Source: Candidatus Methylomirabilota bacterium
Lineage (GTDB): Bacteria > Methylomirabilota > Methylomirabilia > Rokubacteriales > CSP1-6
NCBI GenBank assembly: GCA_046726415.1
Contig: JBKPAK010000175.1
Location: 1 to 25,839, forward strand
Length of the DNA: 25,839 bases
Direction: 5' to 3'
The notes under the pieces: model-generated
Database searches by the model: none
Seen by the model: only the letters and a program-made list of their open reading frames with translations
Told to the model about the DNA's origin: nothing
Shown here: positions 7,809-18,246 of the stretch, piece by piece
Numbering within the stretch: the stretch's first letter is position 1
Layout of the letters: each line of letters opens with the position of its first letter
Translations under genes and position numbers: made by a program

Positions 7809-9638
7809 ATGCCCGAGTTCGACCTGGTCGTCGTGGGAGCGGGTCATGCCGGGATCGAGGCGGCGCTGGCGGCGGCGCGCCTGGGGTGCCGGACACTCCT
7901 GCTCACCATGAACCTCGACGCCATCGGACAGATGTCGTGCAATCCCGCCATCGGCGGTACGGCCAAGGGGCATCTCGTGCGTGAGATCGACGCCCTCGGG
8001 GGTGAGATGGGTCGGGCGGCTGACGCCGCCGCGATCCAGATTAGGACGCTCAACGCCTCACGGGGTCCCGCCGTTCGCGCCACGCGAGCGCAGTGCGACC
8101 GCGCCCGCTATCGCCTCGTCATGAAGCGCACGGTGGAAGAGCAGGCAAATCTCGAAGTGCGTCAAGGTCAAGCGACGCGGATCTTGGTGGAAGGCGGACG
8201 GGCCGTGGGGGTCAGCGATCAGCTCGGCGTGCCCTACCGCGCGGGGGCCACCGTGATCACCGCGGGGACGTTCCTGCGAGGGCTCATCCACGTCGGCTTC
8301 AACCGGCACAGTGCCGGGCGGGCCGGCGAGTTCGCCGCCGTGGATCTCTCCAACTCGCTGCGCGACCTTGGCCTCACGCTGGGACGGCTGAAGACGGGCA
8401 CATCACCGCGCCTGCGCCGCTCGACCATTGACGTTGCCCGACTCCCAGTGCAGTGGGGCGATCCCGAGCCGTGGCCCTTCCACTGGGCCACCAGCGTTCT
8501 GCCGCTGCGGCAGGTCGCCTGCTTCCTCACGTACACCACGCCGGAGACGCACGCGATCATCCGCGACAATCTCGACCGCTCGCCGCTCTACTCCGGAGTC
8601 ATCGACGCCACCGGCGTTCGATACTGCCCCTCCATCGAAGACAAGGTTGTGCGCTTCGCCGATCGCGAGCGGCATCAGGTGATCCTGGAGCCCGATGGTC
8701 TCGACACCGAGGAGGTCTACGTCAACGGCCTTTCCACCAGCCTTCCCGTTGACGTACAGGAACGCCTGGTCCATTCGATTGCTGGCCTCGAACGAGCGGA
8801 AATCATGCGCCCAGGCTACGCCATCGAGTACGATTTCGTGCCCCCCACGCAGATGCGCTCGACCCTCGAATGCCGGGCGGTTCCTGGCCTGTACCTCGCC
8901 GGGCAGATCAACGGTACGACGGGGTACGAAGAGGCCGCCGCGCTGGGACTCTGGGCCGGGATCAACGCGGCCCGCGCCGCGCTGGGCCAGGAGCCGTTCC
9001 TGCTCGACCGCTCCGAATGCTACATGGCTGTCCTGGTCGACGACCTGGTGACCAAGGGGACGCTGGAGCCCTATCGCATGTTTACGTCCCGGGCCGAGTA
9101 CCGCCTGCTGCTGCGCGAAGACAACGCCGACTTGCGCTTGACGGCGGCCGGATACCGGCTCGGTCTCGTGGCTCGCTCTCGCTACGACGCGGTGGAGCAC
9201 CGCCGGACCCAGGTCGAACAGGAGATCGAGCGACTTCGCCACCGGCATGTCGGCGGCATCCCTCTCCTCACGATGCTGTGCCGACCCGATATGACCTATG
9301 CCGATCTCGCCCGGCTCGACCCGCAGGCGGTGACCGATCCTCTGGTGATGCGGCAGGTCGAGGTGTCCTCGAAGTACGGTGGCTACATCCGCCGCATGCT
9401 TGACGAGGTCACGCGCTTCAAGAGGCAAGAGCAGCACCTGATCCCGCATGCCTTTGACTACGCGGCCATCCCAGGGCTGTCCACCGAGATCCGGGAGCGT
9501 CTTGCCGCCGTCCGGCCGCGCTCGCTCGGCCAGGCGTCGCGCATCCCCGGAGTGACCCCGGCGGCCATTTCCGTTCTCGCGGTCTGGTGTCACCGCGCGC
9601 AGTCATTGGCCGGCCCTCCGACCCCGCCGGAGAGGTGA
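7809..9638 (+). CDS. mnmG: tRNA uridine-5-carboxymethylaminomethyl(34) synthesis enzyme MnmG (GidA)
   Basis: VVGAGHAGIEAA, MSCNPAIGGTAKG, RLKTGT, RYCPSIEDK, GYAIEYD, AGQINGTTGYEEAAA and EPYRMFTSRAEYRL motifs; start ATG 7809. Confidence 0.97.
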   Translation: MPEFDLVVVGAGHAGIEAALAAARLGCRTLLLTMNLDAIGQMSCNPAIGGTAKGHLVREIDALGGEMGRAADAAAIQIRTLNASRGPAVRATRAQCDRARYRLVMKRTVEEQANLEVRQGQATRILVEGGRAVGVSDQLGVPYRAGATVITAGTFLRGLIHVGFNRHSAGRAGEFAAVDLSNSLRDLGLTLGRLKTGTSPRLRRSTIDVARLPVQWGDPEPWPFHWATSVLPLRQVACFLTYTTPETHAIIRDNLDRSPLYSGVIDATGVRYCPSIEDKVVRFADRERHQVILEPDGLDTEEVYVNGLSTSLPVDVQERLVHSIAGLERAEIMRPGYAIEYDFVPPTQMRSTLECRAVPGLYLAGQINGTTGYEEAAALGLWAGINAARAALGQEPFLLDRSECYMAVLVDDLVTKGTLEPYRMFTSRAEYRLLLREDNADLRLTAAGYRLGLVARSRYDAVEHRRTQVEQEIERLRHRHVGGIPLLTMLCRPDMTYADLARLDPQAVTDPLVMRQVEVSSKYGGYIRRMLDEVTRFKRQEQHLIPHAFDYAAIPGLSTEIRERLAAVRPRSLGQASRIPGVTPAAISVLAVWCHRAQSLAGPPTPPER

Positions 9639-9787
9639 AGATCGGGCGCGTCCAGAAGGTGTCTGAATATCGAGGGACCATGGCGTCATCGGGGTGCCCC
9701 GCGCGAGGCACGGGGGTCCTTTCAAGGCCCGCTGTCGCGAGACCGCGCTTGATCCGGGCGGCGAAACCAGGCACCCTGACCACGCAC

Positions 9788-11233
9788 ATGCGGCTGGCCT
9801 CAAAGATCTTCCTCACGTCGGCGGTCGTCGTCCTGGTCCTGGCGATCGTGGGTTTGCTCAGTCTGAGTGCCGTGGGGCGCCTCGTCTCCGTCAATCGAGA
9901 AATCGCCAATCACACCCTCCCCGCCGTCAGGCTGGCCTCCTCGCTGCGCGACGCCGTGCGGAGCCTGAGCCGCCTCGAGGCCCGCCACTTGATCCTCCGC
10001 GATCCGCGCTACGCGAAGCTCTGGGACGAAGGCGCCGAGCGGGTGGAGGAGGAACTGGCCGAGCTGGTCGGGGCCATGGCCACCAGCACCCAGCGCCAGG
10101 CGGTCGCCGACGCCACGACGGCGTTCGAGGACTACCGCGCGATCGTGGCCGAGGAGCGGGCCTTGCTGGCCCGCGGCAACCGGGCTCGGGCATTGCGCCT
10201 GGTGGAGGGCGAGGGCTCGGCCCGCGCCGGGCGAGTGGAGGAGGCGCTGGAGCGCGTCGCGCGGGAGACGGACATCGTCGCTCAGAAGGCATTGGCCGAA
10301 ACCATGCGCCTCGAGCGCCGAACGTGGCGGTGGGTCATGACGGGCCTCGGGGCCGCGGCGGGGCTCGCCCTCGCGGGCACCGGAATCGTGGCCTTTCGCA
10401 TGACGCGGTCGCTGCGGCGTTTGTCGGTGGCGACGCGCGCCGTGGCCGACGGCTCGTTCAGCGCGCCCATCGCAATCAGAGCGCGCGACGAGGTAGGGGA
10501 GCTGGCCCGGTCCTTCAACGCGATGGTCCAGCAGCTTCGTCAGGTCGACGAGATGAAGGAAGAATTTCTCGCGACGATTTCCCACGATCTCAAGTCGCCA
10601 CTCGGCTCCATCTCGGAGGCCGCGTACCTGCTCCGGGATGAGCTGGCGGGACCACTCAGCCCGCGGCAGGCGCGATTGGTGAACATCATCAGCGCCAGCT
10701 CCGACCGCATCTTGGGCCTCGTGAATCGCCTCCTCGACCTGTCCCGCCTGCGGGCGGGAACGCTTCCCCTCCAGTCGGGACCCGTCAACCTCGCCCTTGT
10801 CGTCGAGCGCGCGCTGGAAGAATTGCGGCCGCAGGCGGAGACCGGGGAAGTGCTTCTAGCCCAGGAGCGCCTCGGCGATGACTTCGTCATCGAGGGCGAC
10901 GGGGAACGGCTTGGTGAGGTCGTCATCAACCTGGGAACCAATGCCGTCCGTTTCACACCGAAGGGCGGCCAGGTGCGGGTCCGCACCACCGATGCGGGTC
11001 CCGAGGTCATTCTCGACGTGGAGGACACCGGCGTGGGCATCCCCCCGGAGGCCCTCCCCGGCATCTTCGAGCGCTACCAGCAAGTCCGCCGCGACCGGGG
11101 AGGCAGCGGGCTTGGCCTCGCCATTGTGCGTGGCGTGGTCGAGGCGCATGGGGGTCGCGTCGCGGTAGAGTCCGCTGAGGGCAAAGGCACGCGCTTTACG
11201 GTGACGCTGCCGCGGACGCGTCGCGCGGCATGA
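9788..11233 (+). CDS. Membrane sensor histidine kinase (TM, periplasmic four-helix bundle, TM, HAMP, HisKA, HATPase), GlrK/QseE-like
   Basis: Start ATG 9788; two hydrophobic helices, HAMP (DEVGELARSFN.M), H-box ISHDLKSPL, N-box NLGTNAVRFT, and G-boxes DTGVGI and GGSGLGLAI. Confidence 0.9.
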   Translation: MRLASKIFLTSAVVVLVLAIVGLLSLSAVGRLVSVNREIANHTLPAVRLASSLRDAVRSLSRLEARHLILRDPRYAKLWDEGAERVEEELAELVGAMATSTQRQAVADATTAFEDYRAIVAEERALLARGNRARALRLVEGEGSARAGRVEEALERVARETDIVAQKALAETMRLERRTWRWVMTGLGAAAGLALAGTGIVAFRMTRSLRRLSVATRAVADGSFSAPIAIRARDEVGELARSFNAMVQQLRQVDEMKEEFLATISHDLKSPLGSISEAAYLLRDELAGPLSPRQARLVNIISASSDRILGLVNRLLDLSRLRAGTLPLQSGPVNLALVVERALEELRPQAETGEVLLAQERLGDDFVIEGDGERLGEVVINLGTNAVRFTPKGGQVRVRTTDAGPEVILDVEDTGVGIPPEALPGIFERYQQVRRDRGGSGLGLAIVRGVVEAHGGRVAVESAEGKGTRFTVTLPRTRRAA

Positions 11234-11748
11234 GGACCCGATGGTGGTTGCCGGCCATCGCCGTGATGGCGGGGTGTGCCTCGGCGGCGCCGGCGCCCCC
11301 GGCACCGCCGGCGGCGCTGTCCCCGTCCCCTCCGCCATCCCCCGCGGCGCTTCTGCTCACCCGTGCCGATAGCCTGCTCGAGCAGGGCAGCTACGAAGCG
11401 GCGATGGAGGCGTATGGCGACTTCGCTCGCGAATATCCCGGGGATGGGGCCACGCGGCGCGCGCGCGCGACGCGTGACCTCCTCGGGTCGCTCAGCGCGA
11501 CCAGCACCGAGGTCCACCGCATCAATGCGGAGGTCCTTCGCATCAGGGAGCAGGCGGAGGACTCCGAACGAGAGCTGAACCAGCTTCGTCGCGAGCTCGT
11601 GGCCCGCGAAAGCGAGCTGAACCGGGTGCGGCAGGAGCTGGCCGATCGCCAGGCGGAGTTGGCGAGGCTGGTCGCCGAAACGGAGCGGCTGCGCACCGAC
11701 CTGGAGAAGCTGAAGAACGTGGACCTGCGCCTGGAACGCCGCCGATGA
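11230..11748 (+). CDS. Lipoprotein with a TPR-like helical hairpin and C-terminal coiled coil, QseG/YfhG-like
   Basis: Signal peptide with lipobox MAG|C16, Pro-rich linker, YEAAMEAYGDFAREYP and a heptad tail ending LEKLKNVDLRL; ATGA overlaps with both neighbours. Confidence 0.75.
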   Translation: MRTRWWLPAIAVMAGCASAAPAPPAPPAALSPSPPPSPAALLLTRADSLLEQGSYEAAMEAYGDFAREYPGDGATRRARATRDLLGSLSATSTEVHRINAEVLRIREQAEDSERELNQLRRELVARESELNRVRQELADRQAELARLVAETERLRTDLEKLKNVDLRLERRR

Positions 11749-13244
11749 AGGGTCGCCTGCTGGTCGTCGATGACGACCCTCAGATCCTCGAAGTGCTCGA
11801 GATTCGACTGGCCACGCTGGGTTTGGAGGTCACCGCGACGCGAGATCCCGAGCGCGCCGTGGAGATCGCCGCCGCAATCCGATTCGAGGCGGCGCTGGTC
11901 GACCTCCGGATGAAGCCCCTGGACGGTATGCGGTTGACCGAGGCCATCCACAGCCACCAGCCTCACCTGCCGGTCCTCATCATGACCGCGCACGCCACCA
12001 TCGAGTCGGCCGTGCAGGCCATCCAGCGCGGGGCCTTCGATTACCTTACCAAGCCATTCGTTCCCGACGAATTCCAGCGCAAGATCGCGCGCGCCTTGTC
12101 GGTGCGTCGCTGGGCGCGGGACCGCGAGCGGCTGCTCGCCATCGGCGAGATTCTGGCCTCATCGGGCAATCTCGAACTCGTCTTGGAGTCCGTGGCCAAC
12201 GCCGCCATGGAAACCATCGACGCCGAGCGCTGCGTGGTCTTTCAGCGCGGCGAGACCGGGCTCGTGCCGGTAGCCAGCGCAGGCGCTCCCGGTGCAAGGT
12301 CGGAGGCGCTCGAGGCAGCGGCCTCGCGAGCCATGGAGAAGGGTGCGCCGACGACGACCCCGAGCTCCGAAGGGCGATTGCTCGTGGCTGCGCCGCTCGT
12401 CGTGCAGCGGGGGCCGGCCGGAGCCATGGTCATCGAAACGTCGCCGCGTGTAGAGCCGGGATATGACGATCTGGAACTGCTCGCCTTGTTCTCCGCCCAG
12501 GCGGCGGTGGCCATCCGGAACACCCATGAGTACGAGCGGTTGCGCGGCGGCGCGTTGACCGCCCTGGGGCGCATGGCCACGCAGGTGGCTCACGAGCTGC
12601 GGAACCCGCTCTCGGGCATCCTCCTCTACGCTCGCCACCTCGAGCACCGGCTCGAGCGCGGGGGCGATGCCGACGGCGCGGAGACGGCGCGCAAGATTGG
12701 GACGGCAGTGGAGCGCCTTGGCGAGGTCGTGTCGGAAATCACGGCGTTCGGACGCCCCTCCGAGCTCCACCGCGCGCGGGCCGCTCTCCATCCGATCCTC
12801 GACGAGTGCCTTACCTTCGCGCGCGCCCGCCACCCCGGCGAGGCCATCGAGATCGCGCGTGAGTACGATCCGACCTGCCCGGAGGCCTTCGTGGACGCGC
12901 GCGAGCTGCGCAAGGCGTTCCTGAATCTGATTCTGAATGGCCTGGAGGCGCTGGAGCGCGGTGGCGCGTTGACCATTCGCACGGCTTACGTCGCCGCTCG
13001 AGGCGCTTTGACGGTGACGATCGAGGACACCGGGGTTGGCATGAGCGCGGAGACCCTCGCCCGCGCCTTCGACATGTTCTTCACCACCAAGCCTCAGGGC
13101 ACCGGTCTCGGTATGGCCATCGCGCGCTCGGTGATCGAGCGCCACGGCGGCGAGCTTCGCCTGGAGAGCGCATCTGGGCAAGGGACGACCGTGACCGTGC
13201 GGCTGCCCATCGATGGGCGGTTTGCGCACCAGAGCGAGCCATGA
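11745..13244 (+). CDS. Cytoplasmic hybrid protein: N-terminal receiver, GAF, HisKA, HATPase
   Basis: LLVVDDD..VDLRM..TAH..LTKPF receiver; GAF ending DLELLALFSAQAAVAIRN; H-box VAHELRNPL; NLILNG, DTGVGM and FFTTKPQGTGLGM motifs; no TM segment. Confidence 0.9.
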   Translation: MKGRLLVVDDDPQILEVLEIRLATLGLEVTATRDPERAVEIAAAIRFEAALVDLRMKPLDGMRLTEAIHSHQPHLPVLIMTAHATIESAVQAIQRGAFDYLTKPFVPDEFQRKIARALSVRRWARDRERLLAIGEILASSGNLELVLESVANAAMETIDAERCVVFQRGETGLVPVASAGAPGARSEALEAAASRAMEKGAPTTTPSSEGRLLVAAPLVVQRGPAGAMVIETSPRVEPGYDDLELLALFSAQAAVAIRNTHEYERLRGGALTALGRMATQVAHELRNPLSGILLYARHLEHRLERGGDADGAETARKIGTAVERLGEVVSEITAFGRPSELHRARAALHPILDECLTFARARHPGEAIEIAREYDPTCPEAFVDARELRKAFLNLILNGLEALERGGALTIRTAYVAARGALTVTIEDTGVGMSAETLARAFDMFFTTKPQGTGLGMAIARSVIERHGGELRLESASGQGTTVTVRLPIDGRFAHQSEP

Positions 13245-14632
13245 GAACGCCGGGCCGCAGCGTCCTCGTGGTCGACGACGAGCCGACGATCGCCGATGGA
13301 TTGCGGCTCACCTTGGAGGCGGAAGGCTACCGCGTGCTGACCGCGGGCAACGTGGAGGCCGCCCTTTCCCACGCGATGCGGACGGATGTCGAGGGAGCCA
13401 TCATCGACCTCATGCTGCCCGACGGTGACGGCATCGAGCTGACTCGGGAGCTGAAGCGGCGCGATCCCACCCTCGAAGTCATCATCGTCACGGCTTACGG
13501 CTCGGTGCGAAAGGCCATGGAGGCGACGAAGAGCGCAGGGGCGTTCTACGTCCTGGAAAAGCCCTTCGATCCCGACGAGGTGAGCACGCTGATGCGCGCG
13601 GCCCTCGATCATCGGAAGCTCATCGCCGAGAACTCCGATCTCCGGCGCCGCCTGGCCGAGCGCGGCGCCGACACCGAGATCTTGAGTGCCACCCCCAGCA
13701 TGCAGCGCGTTCTAGAGACCGTCGCGGCCGTGGCCGACGCGGACGCCGCGGTGTTGATCGTGGGAGAAAGCGGGACGGGCAAGGAACTGGTGGCCAATGC
13801 GCTGCACGAGCGAAGCCAGCGTCGCCAGGGACCCTGGGTCAAGATCAATTGCGCAGCGCTTCCCAAAGACCTCATCGAGTCCGAGTTGTTCGGTCACGCT
13901 CGAGGGGCGTTCACCGGTGCCACCACCGAAAAGAGCGGGCTCCTCGAGGAGGCCCACGGTGGCTCTCTGCTCCTCGACGAAATCACCGAAATGCCCGCCG
14001 ACCTCCAGGCCAAGCTCCTGCGCGTCCTGGAGGAACGAGTGGTGCGCCGGGTCGGGAGCGGCAAGGCGGCGTCCGTCGACTTCCGGCTCATCTCCTCCAG
14101 CAACCGGAATCCCGAAGTGGCCGTCGAGGAGGGTTTCCTTCGGCCGGACCTCTACTTTCGGATCAACACCGTGACGATACTCGTGCCCCCCTTGCGCGAG
14201 CGCCGAGAGGATATTCCGCTGCTCGTGCGGGCCTTCCTCGACCGCTACCGGACCAAGCATGCCCGCCGGGTGGACGGGATCGAGCCCGAGGCCTATCGGC
14301 GCCTCTTGCACTACACCTGGCCGGGTAACGTGCGGGAGCTCCAGCATGCGGTCGAGCGTGCGGTACTGGTGGCGCGCGGGGCGCAGATCACCGTGACCGA
14401 TTTACCCGAGTCTCTCCAGGCGTTGGCCACCGGCCGAGCAGATGGAGGGATCTCGCCGGCGTCGGTACCAGCTGGCTCGCTGGAGGCGATCGAGCGCGCG
14501 TCGATCTTGAAGGCGTTGGAGCAGACGGGGTGGAACAAGCAAGCCGCCGCCGCCCTCCTTGGCCTCCGCCGGCCGACCCTCTATTCCAAGCTCCGCAAGC
14601 ACCGCATCCCTCAGAGACCAACCGGCGTCTGA
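13241..14632 (+). CDS. sigma54-dependent response regulator (REC, AAA+, Fis HTH; NtrC family)
   Basis: GESGTGKE Walker A, ESELFGH..GAFTGA, LLLDEI, YTWPGNVREL and a C-terminal HTH (AAALLGLRRPTLYSKL). Confidence 0.95.
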   Translation: MRTPGRSVLVVDDEPTIADGLRLTLEAEGYRVLTAGNVEAALSHAMRTDVEGAIIDLMLPDGDGIELTRELKRRDPTLEVIIVTAYGSVRKAMEATKSAGAFYVLEKPFDPDEVSTLMRAALDHRKLIAENSDLRRRLAERGADTEILSATPSMQRVLETVAAVADADAAVLIVGESGTGKELVANALHERSQRRQGPWVKINCAALPKDLIESELFGHARGAFTGATTEKSGLLEEAHGGSLLLDEITEMPADLQAKLLRVLEERVVRRVGSGKAASVDFRLISSSNRNPEVAVEEGFLRPDLYFRINTVTILVPPLRERREDIPLLVRAFLDRYRTKHARRVDGIEPEAYRRLLHYTWPGNVRELQHAVERAVLVARGAQITVTDLPESLQALATGRADGGISPASVPAGSLEAIERASILKALEQTGWNKQAAAALLGLRRPTLYSKLRKHRIPQRPTGV

Positions 14633-14647
14633 CGCTCGAGTGGGGAC

Positions 14648-14697
14648 CGCTCGAAACGCGGGCATCCTAGGCTCCATTGCCTAATGCGTAGGCAATG
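14648..14697. promoter_or_regulatory. Tandem NtrC-type enhancer sites (CGC-N11-GCA at 14648-14664; TGC-N11-GCA at 14678-14694)
   Basis: The second site is the core of a perfect palindrome CATTGCCTA-N5-TAGGCAATG; the sites are 30 bp apart and ~105-135 bp upstream of the predicted TSS. Confidence 0.7.
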
Positions 14698-14744
14698 CTG
14701 CGGTCAAGGAGCGGCCCCTGATCCACAACGACGCAATTTGATGA

Positions 14745-15146
<402 letters not shown>

Positions 15147-15168
15147 AACGGGATAGGCGGAGGACACC

Positions 15169-16632
15169 GTGAAGCGACTCAGCCTCGCCCTTGCAACGAT
15201 GCTCATACTCGGGAGCACCGTGTCGGTCGTCCTGGCTCAGCAGCCCGCTCCGCCCGCCGCCGCTCCGTCCCCGGCCGCACCACCACCGGCCCCCGGGAAT
15301 CCTGCTCCACCGGCGAAGATCGACAAAGGCGACACGGCGTGGATGCTGACGTCGTCGGCCCTGGTTCTGTTGATGACGGCTCCGGGGCTGGCGCTCTTCT
15401 ACGGTGGTCTGGTCCGCCAGAAGAATGCCCTCGCCACGATCATGCACAGCTTCATCATCATGGCGATCATTTCCATCCAGTGGGTGCTGTGGGGATACAG
15501 TCTCGCCTTCGGCCCTGACAAGGGCGGAATCATCGGTGGCCTCGAGTGGATCGGGTTGCGCGGGGTGGGAGGGGATCCCTTCGACGCCTACTCGAAGACC
15601 ATTCCGCATCAGGTGTTCATGCTGTTCCAGATGATGTTTGCCATCATCACCCCGGCCCTGATCACCGGCGCCTTCGCCGAGCGCAAGAAGTTCTCCGCCT
15701 TCATCCTCTTCACGCTCCTCTGGGCCACCTTCGTCTACGACCCCTTGGCCCACTGGGTGTGGGGTGATGGGGGCTGGCTCAAGAAGCTCGGAGCGCTGGA
15801 TTTTGCCGGCGGTACCGTCGTGCATATCTCGTCGGGCATCTCCGCGCTGGTGTGTGCCCTCATGCTCGGCCGACGGCGCGGATATGGCCACCACCCGATG
15901 CCTCCGCACAACTTGCCACTGACCGTGATGGGGGCGTCGCTCCTGTGGTTCGGGTGGTTCGGCTTCAATGCGGGGAGCGCGCTCGAGGCCAACGCCCTTG
16001 CGGCCAGCGCTTTCCTCGCCACCAATACGGCCGCGGCAGCGGCCGCCCTCGGCTGGATGTTCACGGAATGGATCATGCGAGGCCAGCCCACGGTGCTCGG
16101 TGCGGCCTCCGGCGCCGTGGCTGGGCTCGTGGCGATCACGCCCGCTTCTGGGTACGTGGGGCCGGTGGCCGCCATCATCATCGGGATCGTCGCCGGCTTC
16201 CTCTGCTACAACGCCTGCAACTTCAAATCAAAGATCGGCTACGACGACTCGCTCGACGTCGTGGGCGTGCACGGCGTGGGTGGGACCTGGGGGGCCCTGG
16301 CCACCGGGCTCTTCGCTACCAAGCTGATCAACGATGCCGGTGGCGATGGTCTCTTCTATGGCAATCCCGCTCAGCTCTGGAACCAGATCGTGGCCGTGGT
16401 GGCGACCATCGCCCTCGCGGTGGTGGGCACCGCGATCATTTTGAAGGTCGTGGACGCCCTGGTGGGGCTCCGCGTGTCCGAGGAAGACGAGGAGGTCGGA
16501 CTCGACCTCTCCCAGCATTCGGAGACCGCGTACGCCCTGGGCGGCGGCGCCTACGGCGAGACGACCAGCTCGAGCGGGGCGTTCGGCGAAGCCATGCGGA
16601 CGGCGGGAGCGAAGCCTCGCGCGGCGCATTGA
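15169..16632 (+). CDS. amtB: Ammonium transporter
   Basis: [46 protein letters not shown] and [14 protein letters not shown] motifs; signal peptide plus Pro/Ala linker; GTG start with GGAGGA SD. Confidence 0.97.
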   Translation: MKRLSLALATMLILGSTVSVVLAQQPAPPAAAPSPAAPPPAPGNPAPPAKIDKGDTAWMLTSSALVLLMTAPGLALFYGGLVRQKNALATIMHSFIIMAIISIQWVLWGYSLAFGPDKGGIIGGLEWIGLRGVGGDPFDAYSKTIPHQVFMLFQMMFAIITPALITGAFAERKKFSAFILFTLLWATFVYDPLAHWVWGDGGWLKKLGALDFAGGTVVHISSGISALVCALMLGRRRGYGHHPMPPHNLPLTVMGASLLWFGWFGFNAGSALEANALAASAFLATNTAAAAAALGWMFTEWIMRGQPTVLGAASGAVAGLVAITPASGYVGPVAAIIIGIVAGFLCYNACNFKSKIGYDDSLDVVGVHGVGGTWGALATGLFATKLINDAGGDGLFYGNPAQLWNQIVAVVATIALAVVGTAIILKVVDALVGLRVSEEDEEVGLDLSQHSETAYALGGGAYGETTSSSGAFGEAMRTAGAKPRAAH

Positions 16633-16641
16633 CCGCGGCGC

Positions 16642-16670
16642 TTGATTTCAAGGGAACGGTTTCTTAACGT
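16642..16670 (+). promoter_or_regulatory. Internal sigma70-type promoter of glnA (TTGATT-N17-TAACGT)
   Basis: Exact 17-bp spacer in the amtB-glnA gap; predicted TSS ~16677. Confidence 0.6.
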
Positions 16671-16675
16671 AAGCC

Positions 16676-16703
16676 GGCCGGCGGCGCCTGGGCGCCGCCG
16701 GCC
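16676..16703 (+). other. 12-bp all-GC stem-loop in the glnA leader
   Basis: GGCCGGCGGCGC-CTGG-GCGCCGCCGGCC with no U-tract; begins at the predicted TSS. Confidence 0.7.
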
Positions 16704-16748
16704 ACGGACCGCCGACTGTCCACACTCTGAGAGGAGAAGGAGCGCGGC

Positions 16749-18173
16749 ATGACCCCCAAGGAAGTCCTCAAGCTGGCCAAGGACAAAGGCGCCAAGATCG
16801 TCGACCTCCGGTTCATCGACCTCCCGGGCCTCTGGCAGCACTTCTCGATTCCCGTCTCCGAGCTGAACGAGGGCATCTTCGAGGATGGGCTCGGGTTCGA
16901 CGGCTCGTCCATCCGCGGCTTCCAGACGATCGACGAATCGGACATGCTGCTGATGCCGGATCCGAGCACTGCGGTCATGGACCCCTTCACGGCGGTCCCG
17001 ACGCTCGTGCTCATCTGCAACGTCAAGGATCCGGTCAGCGGCAAGCCCTACACGCGCGACCCGCGGTACATCGCCCAGAAGGCCGAGGCGTATCTCAAGA
17101 AGACCGGCCTCGCCGACACCGTCTACATCGGCCCCGAGCTCGAGTTCTTTTTCTTCGATTCCATCCGCTTCGACCAGAGCTACCACCACGGCTTTTACTT
17201 CATCGACTCTGAGGCGGGCTTCTGGAACTCGGGCAAGGAGGGGACCGCCGAGCAGCCGAACCTCGGCTACAAGCCGCGCTACAAGCAGGGCTACTTCCCC
17301 GTGCCGCCGATGGACAAGTTCCAGGACATCCGCTCGGACATGGTGCTGGCCCTGGAGAGCGTCGGTGTCCGCGTGGAAGTCCATCACCACGAGGTGGCCA
17401 CGGGCGGCCAGACCGAAGTCGACATGCGCTACGACACACTGACGAAGATGGCCGACAAGGTCTGCTGGTACAAGTACTGCGCGAAAAACACCGCCCGGAA
17501 GTGGGGCAAGACCGCGACCTTCATGCCGAAGCCGCTCTTCCAGGACAACGGTTCCGGCATGCACACTCACCAGTCCCTCTGGAAGAACGGCAAGAACCTC
17601 TTCTACGAGCGCGGCGGGTACGCCGACATCTCGAAGAACTGTCTCTACTACATCGGCGGCATCCTGAAGCATGCGCCGGCCCTGCTTGCCCTGATCGCGC
17701 CGTCGACCAACTCGTACAAGCGACTGGTGCCGGGCTACGAGGCGCCGATCAACCTCGTGTACAGCCAGCGGAACCGTTCGGCGTGTGTCCGCATCCCCGT
17801 GTACTCCAAGTCGGAAGGCGCCAAGCGGATCGAGTTCCGCACGCCCGACAACACCTGCAACCCGTACCTCTCGTTTGCGGCGTGCCTCATGGCGGGCCTC
17901 GACGGTATCGCCAACAAGATCGACCCCGGCAAGCCGGTGGACAAGGACCTCTACGAGCTGCCGCCGGCGGAGGCGAAAAGGATCAAGCAACTGCCCGGCG
18001 ACCTCAGCATCGTCCTCGACAACCTCGAGAAGTCGCATGACTGGCTCCTCAAGGGCGACGTATTCACACCCGACGTCATCGAGACGTGGCTCGACTACAA
18101 GCGGAAGAACGAAGTCGATGCTGTGCGGCTCCGCCCGCATCCCTGGGAGTTCGCTCTGTACTTTGACATCTAG
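16749..18173 (+). CDS. glnA: Glutamine synthetase type I (GSI-beta)
   Basis: [50 protein letters not shown] and RIEFR motifs; adenylylation-site motif DKDLY. Confidence 0.98.
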   Translation: MTPKEVLKLAKDKGAKIVDLRFIDLPGLWQHFSIPVSELNEGIFEDGLGFDGSSIRGFQTIDESDMLLMPDPSTAVMDPFTAVPTLVLICNVKDPVSGKPYTRDPRYIAQKAEAYLKKTGLADTVYIGPELEFFFFDSIRFDQSYHHGFYFIDSEAGFWNSGKEGTAEQPNLGYKPRYKQGYFPVPPMDKFQDIRSDMVLALESVGVRVEVHHHEVATGGQTEVDMRYDTLTKMADKVCWYKYCAKNTARKWGKTATFMPKPLFQDNGSGMHTHQSLWKNGKNLFYERGGYADISKNCLYYIGGILKHAPALLALIAPSTNSYKRLVPGYEAPINLVYSQRNRSACVRIPVYSKSEGAKRIEFRTPDNTCNPYLSFAACLMAGLDGIANKIDPGKPVDKDLYELPPAEAKRIKQLPGDLSIVLDNLEKSHDWLLKGDVFTPDVIETWLDYKRKNEVDAVRLRPHPWEFALYFDI

Positions 18174-18179
18174 TGACGT

Positions 18180-18246
18180 GGGGGGCCCGACATGGCCCCC
18201 CGGCACCCCCGAATGCTCGGAGCGGCCCCGCCGCGGCGTTCCTCGA
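18180..18246 (+). repeat. ~68-bp palindromic repeat element, copy A (GGGGGGCC-CGACAT-GGCCCCCC ... CCGCGGCGTTCCTCGA)
   Basis: Shares both termini with the inverted copy at 19379-19447; starts 6 nt after the glnA stop. Confidence 0.75.

Noticed and set aside
9706-9722. AGGCACG as a sigma54 -24 box for the kinase operon
   Set aside because: No GC at the -12 position (CT instead).
16651-16666. sigma54-like GGAACGGTTTCT upstream of glnA, also readable as an ANTAR-like loop (AACGGT)
   Set aside because: The -12 GC is missing (TA), the stem needs two G-U pairs and has no good partner hairpin; the sigma70 reading fits better.
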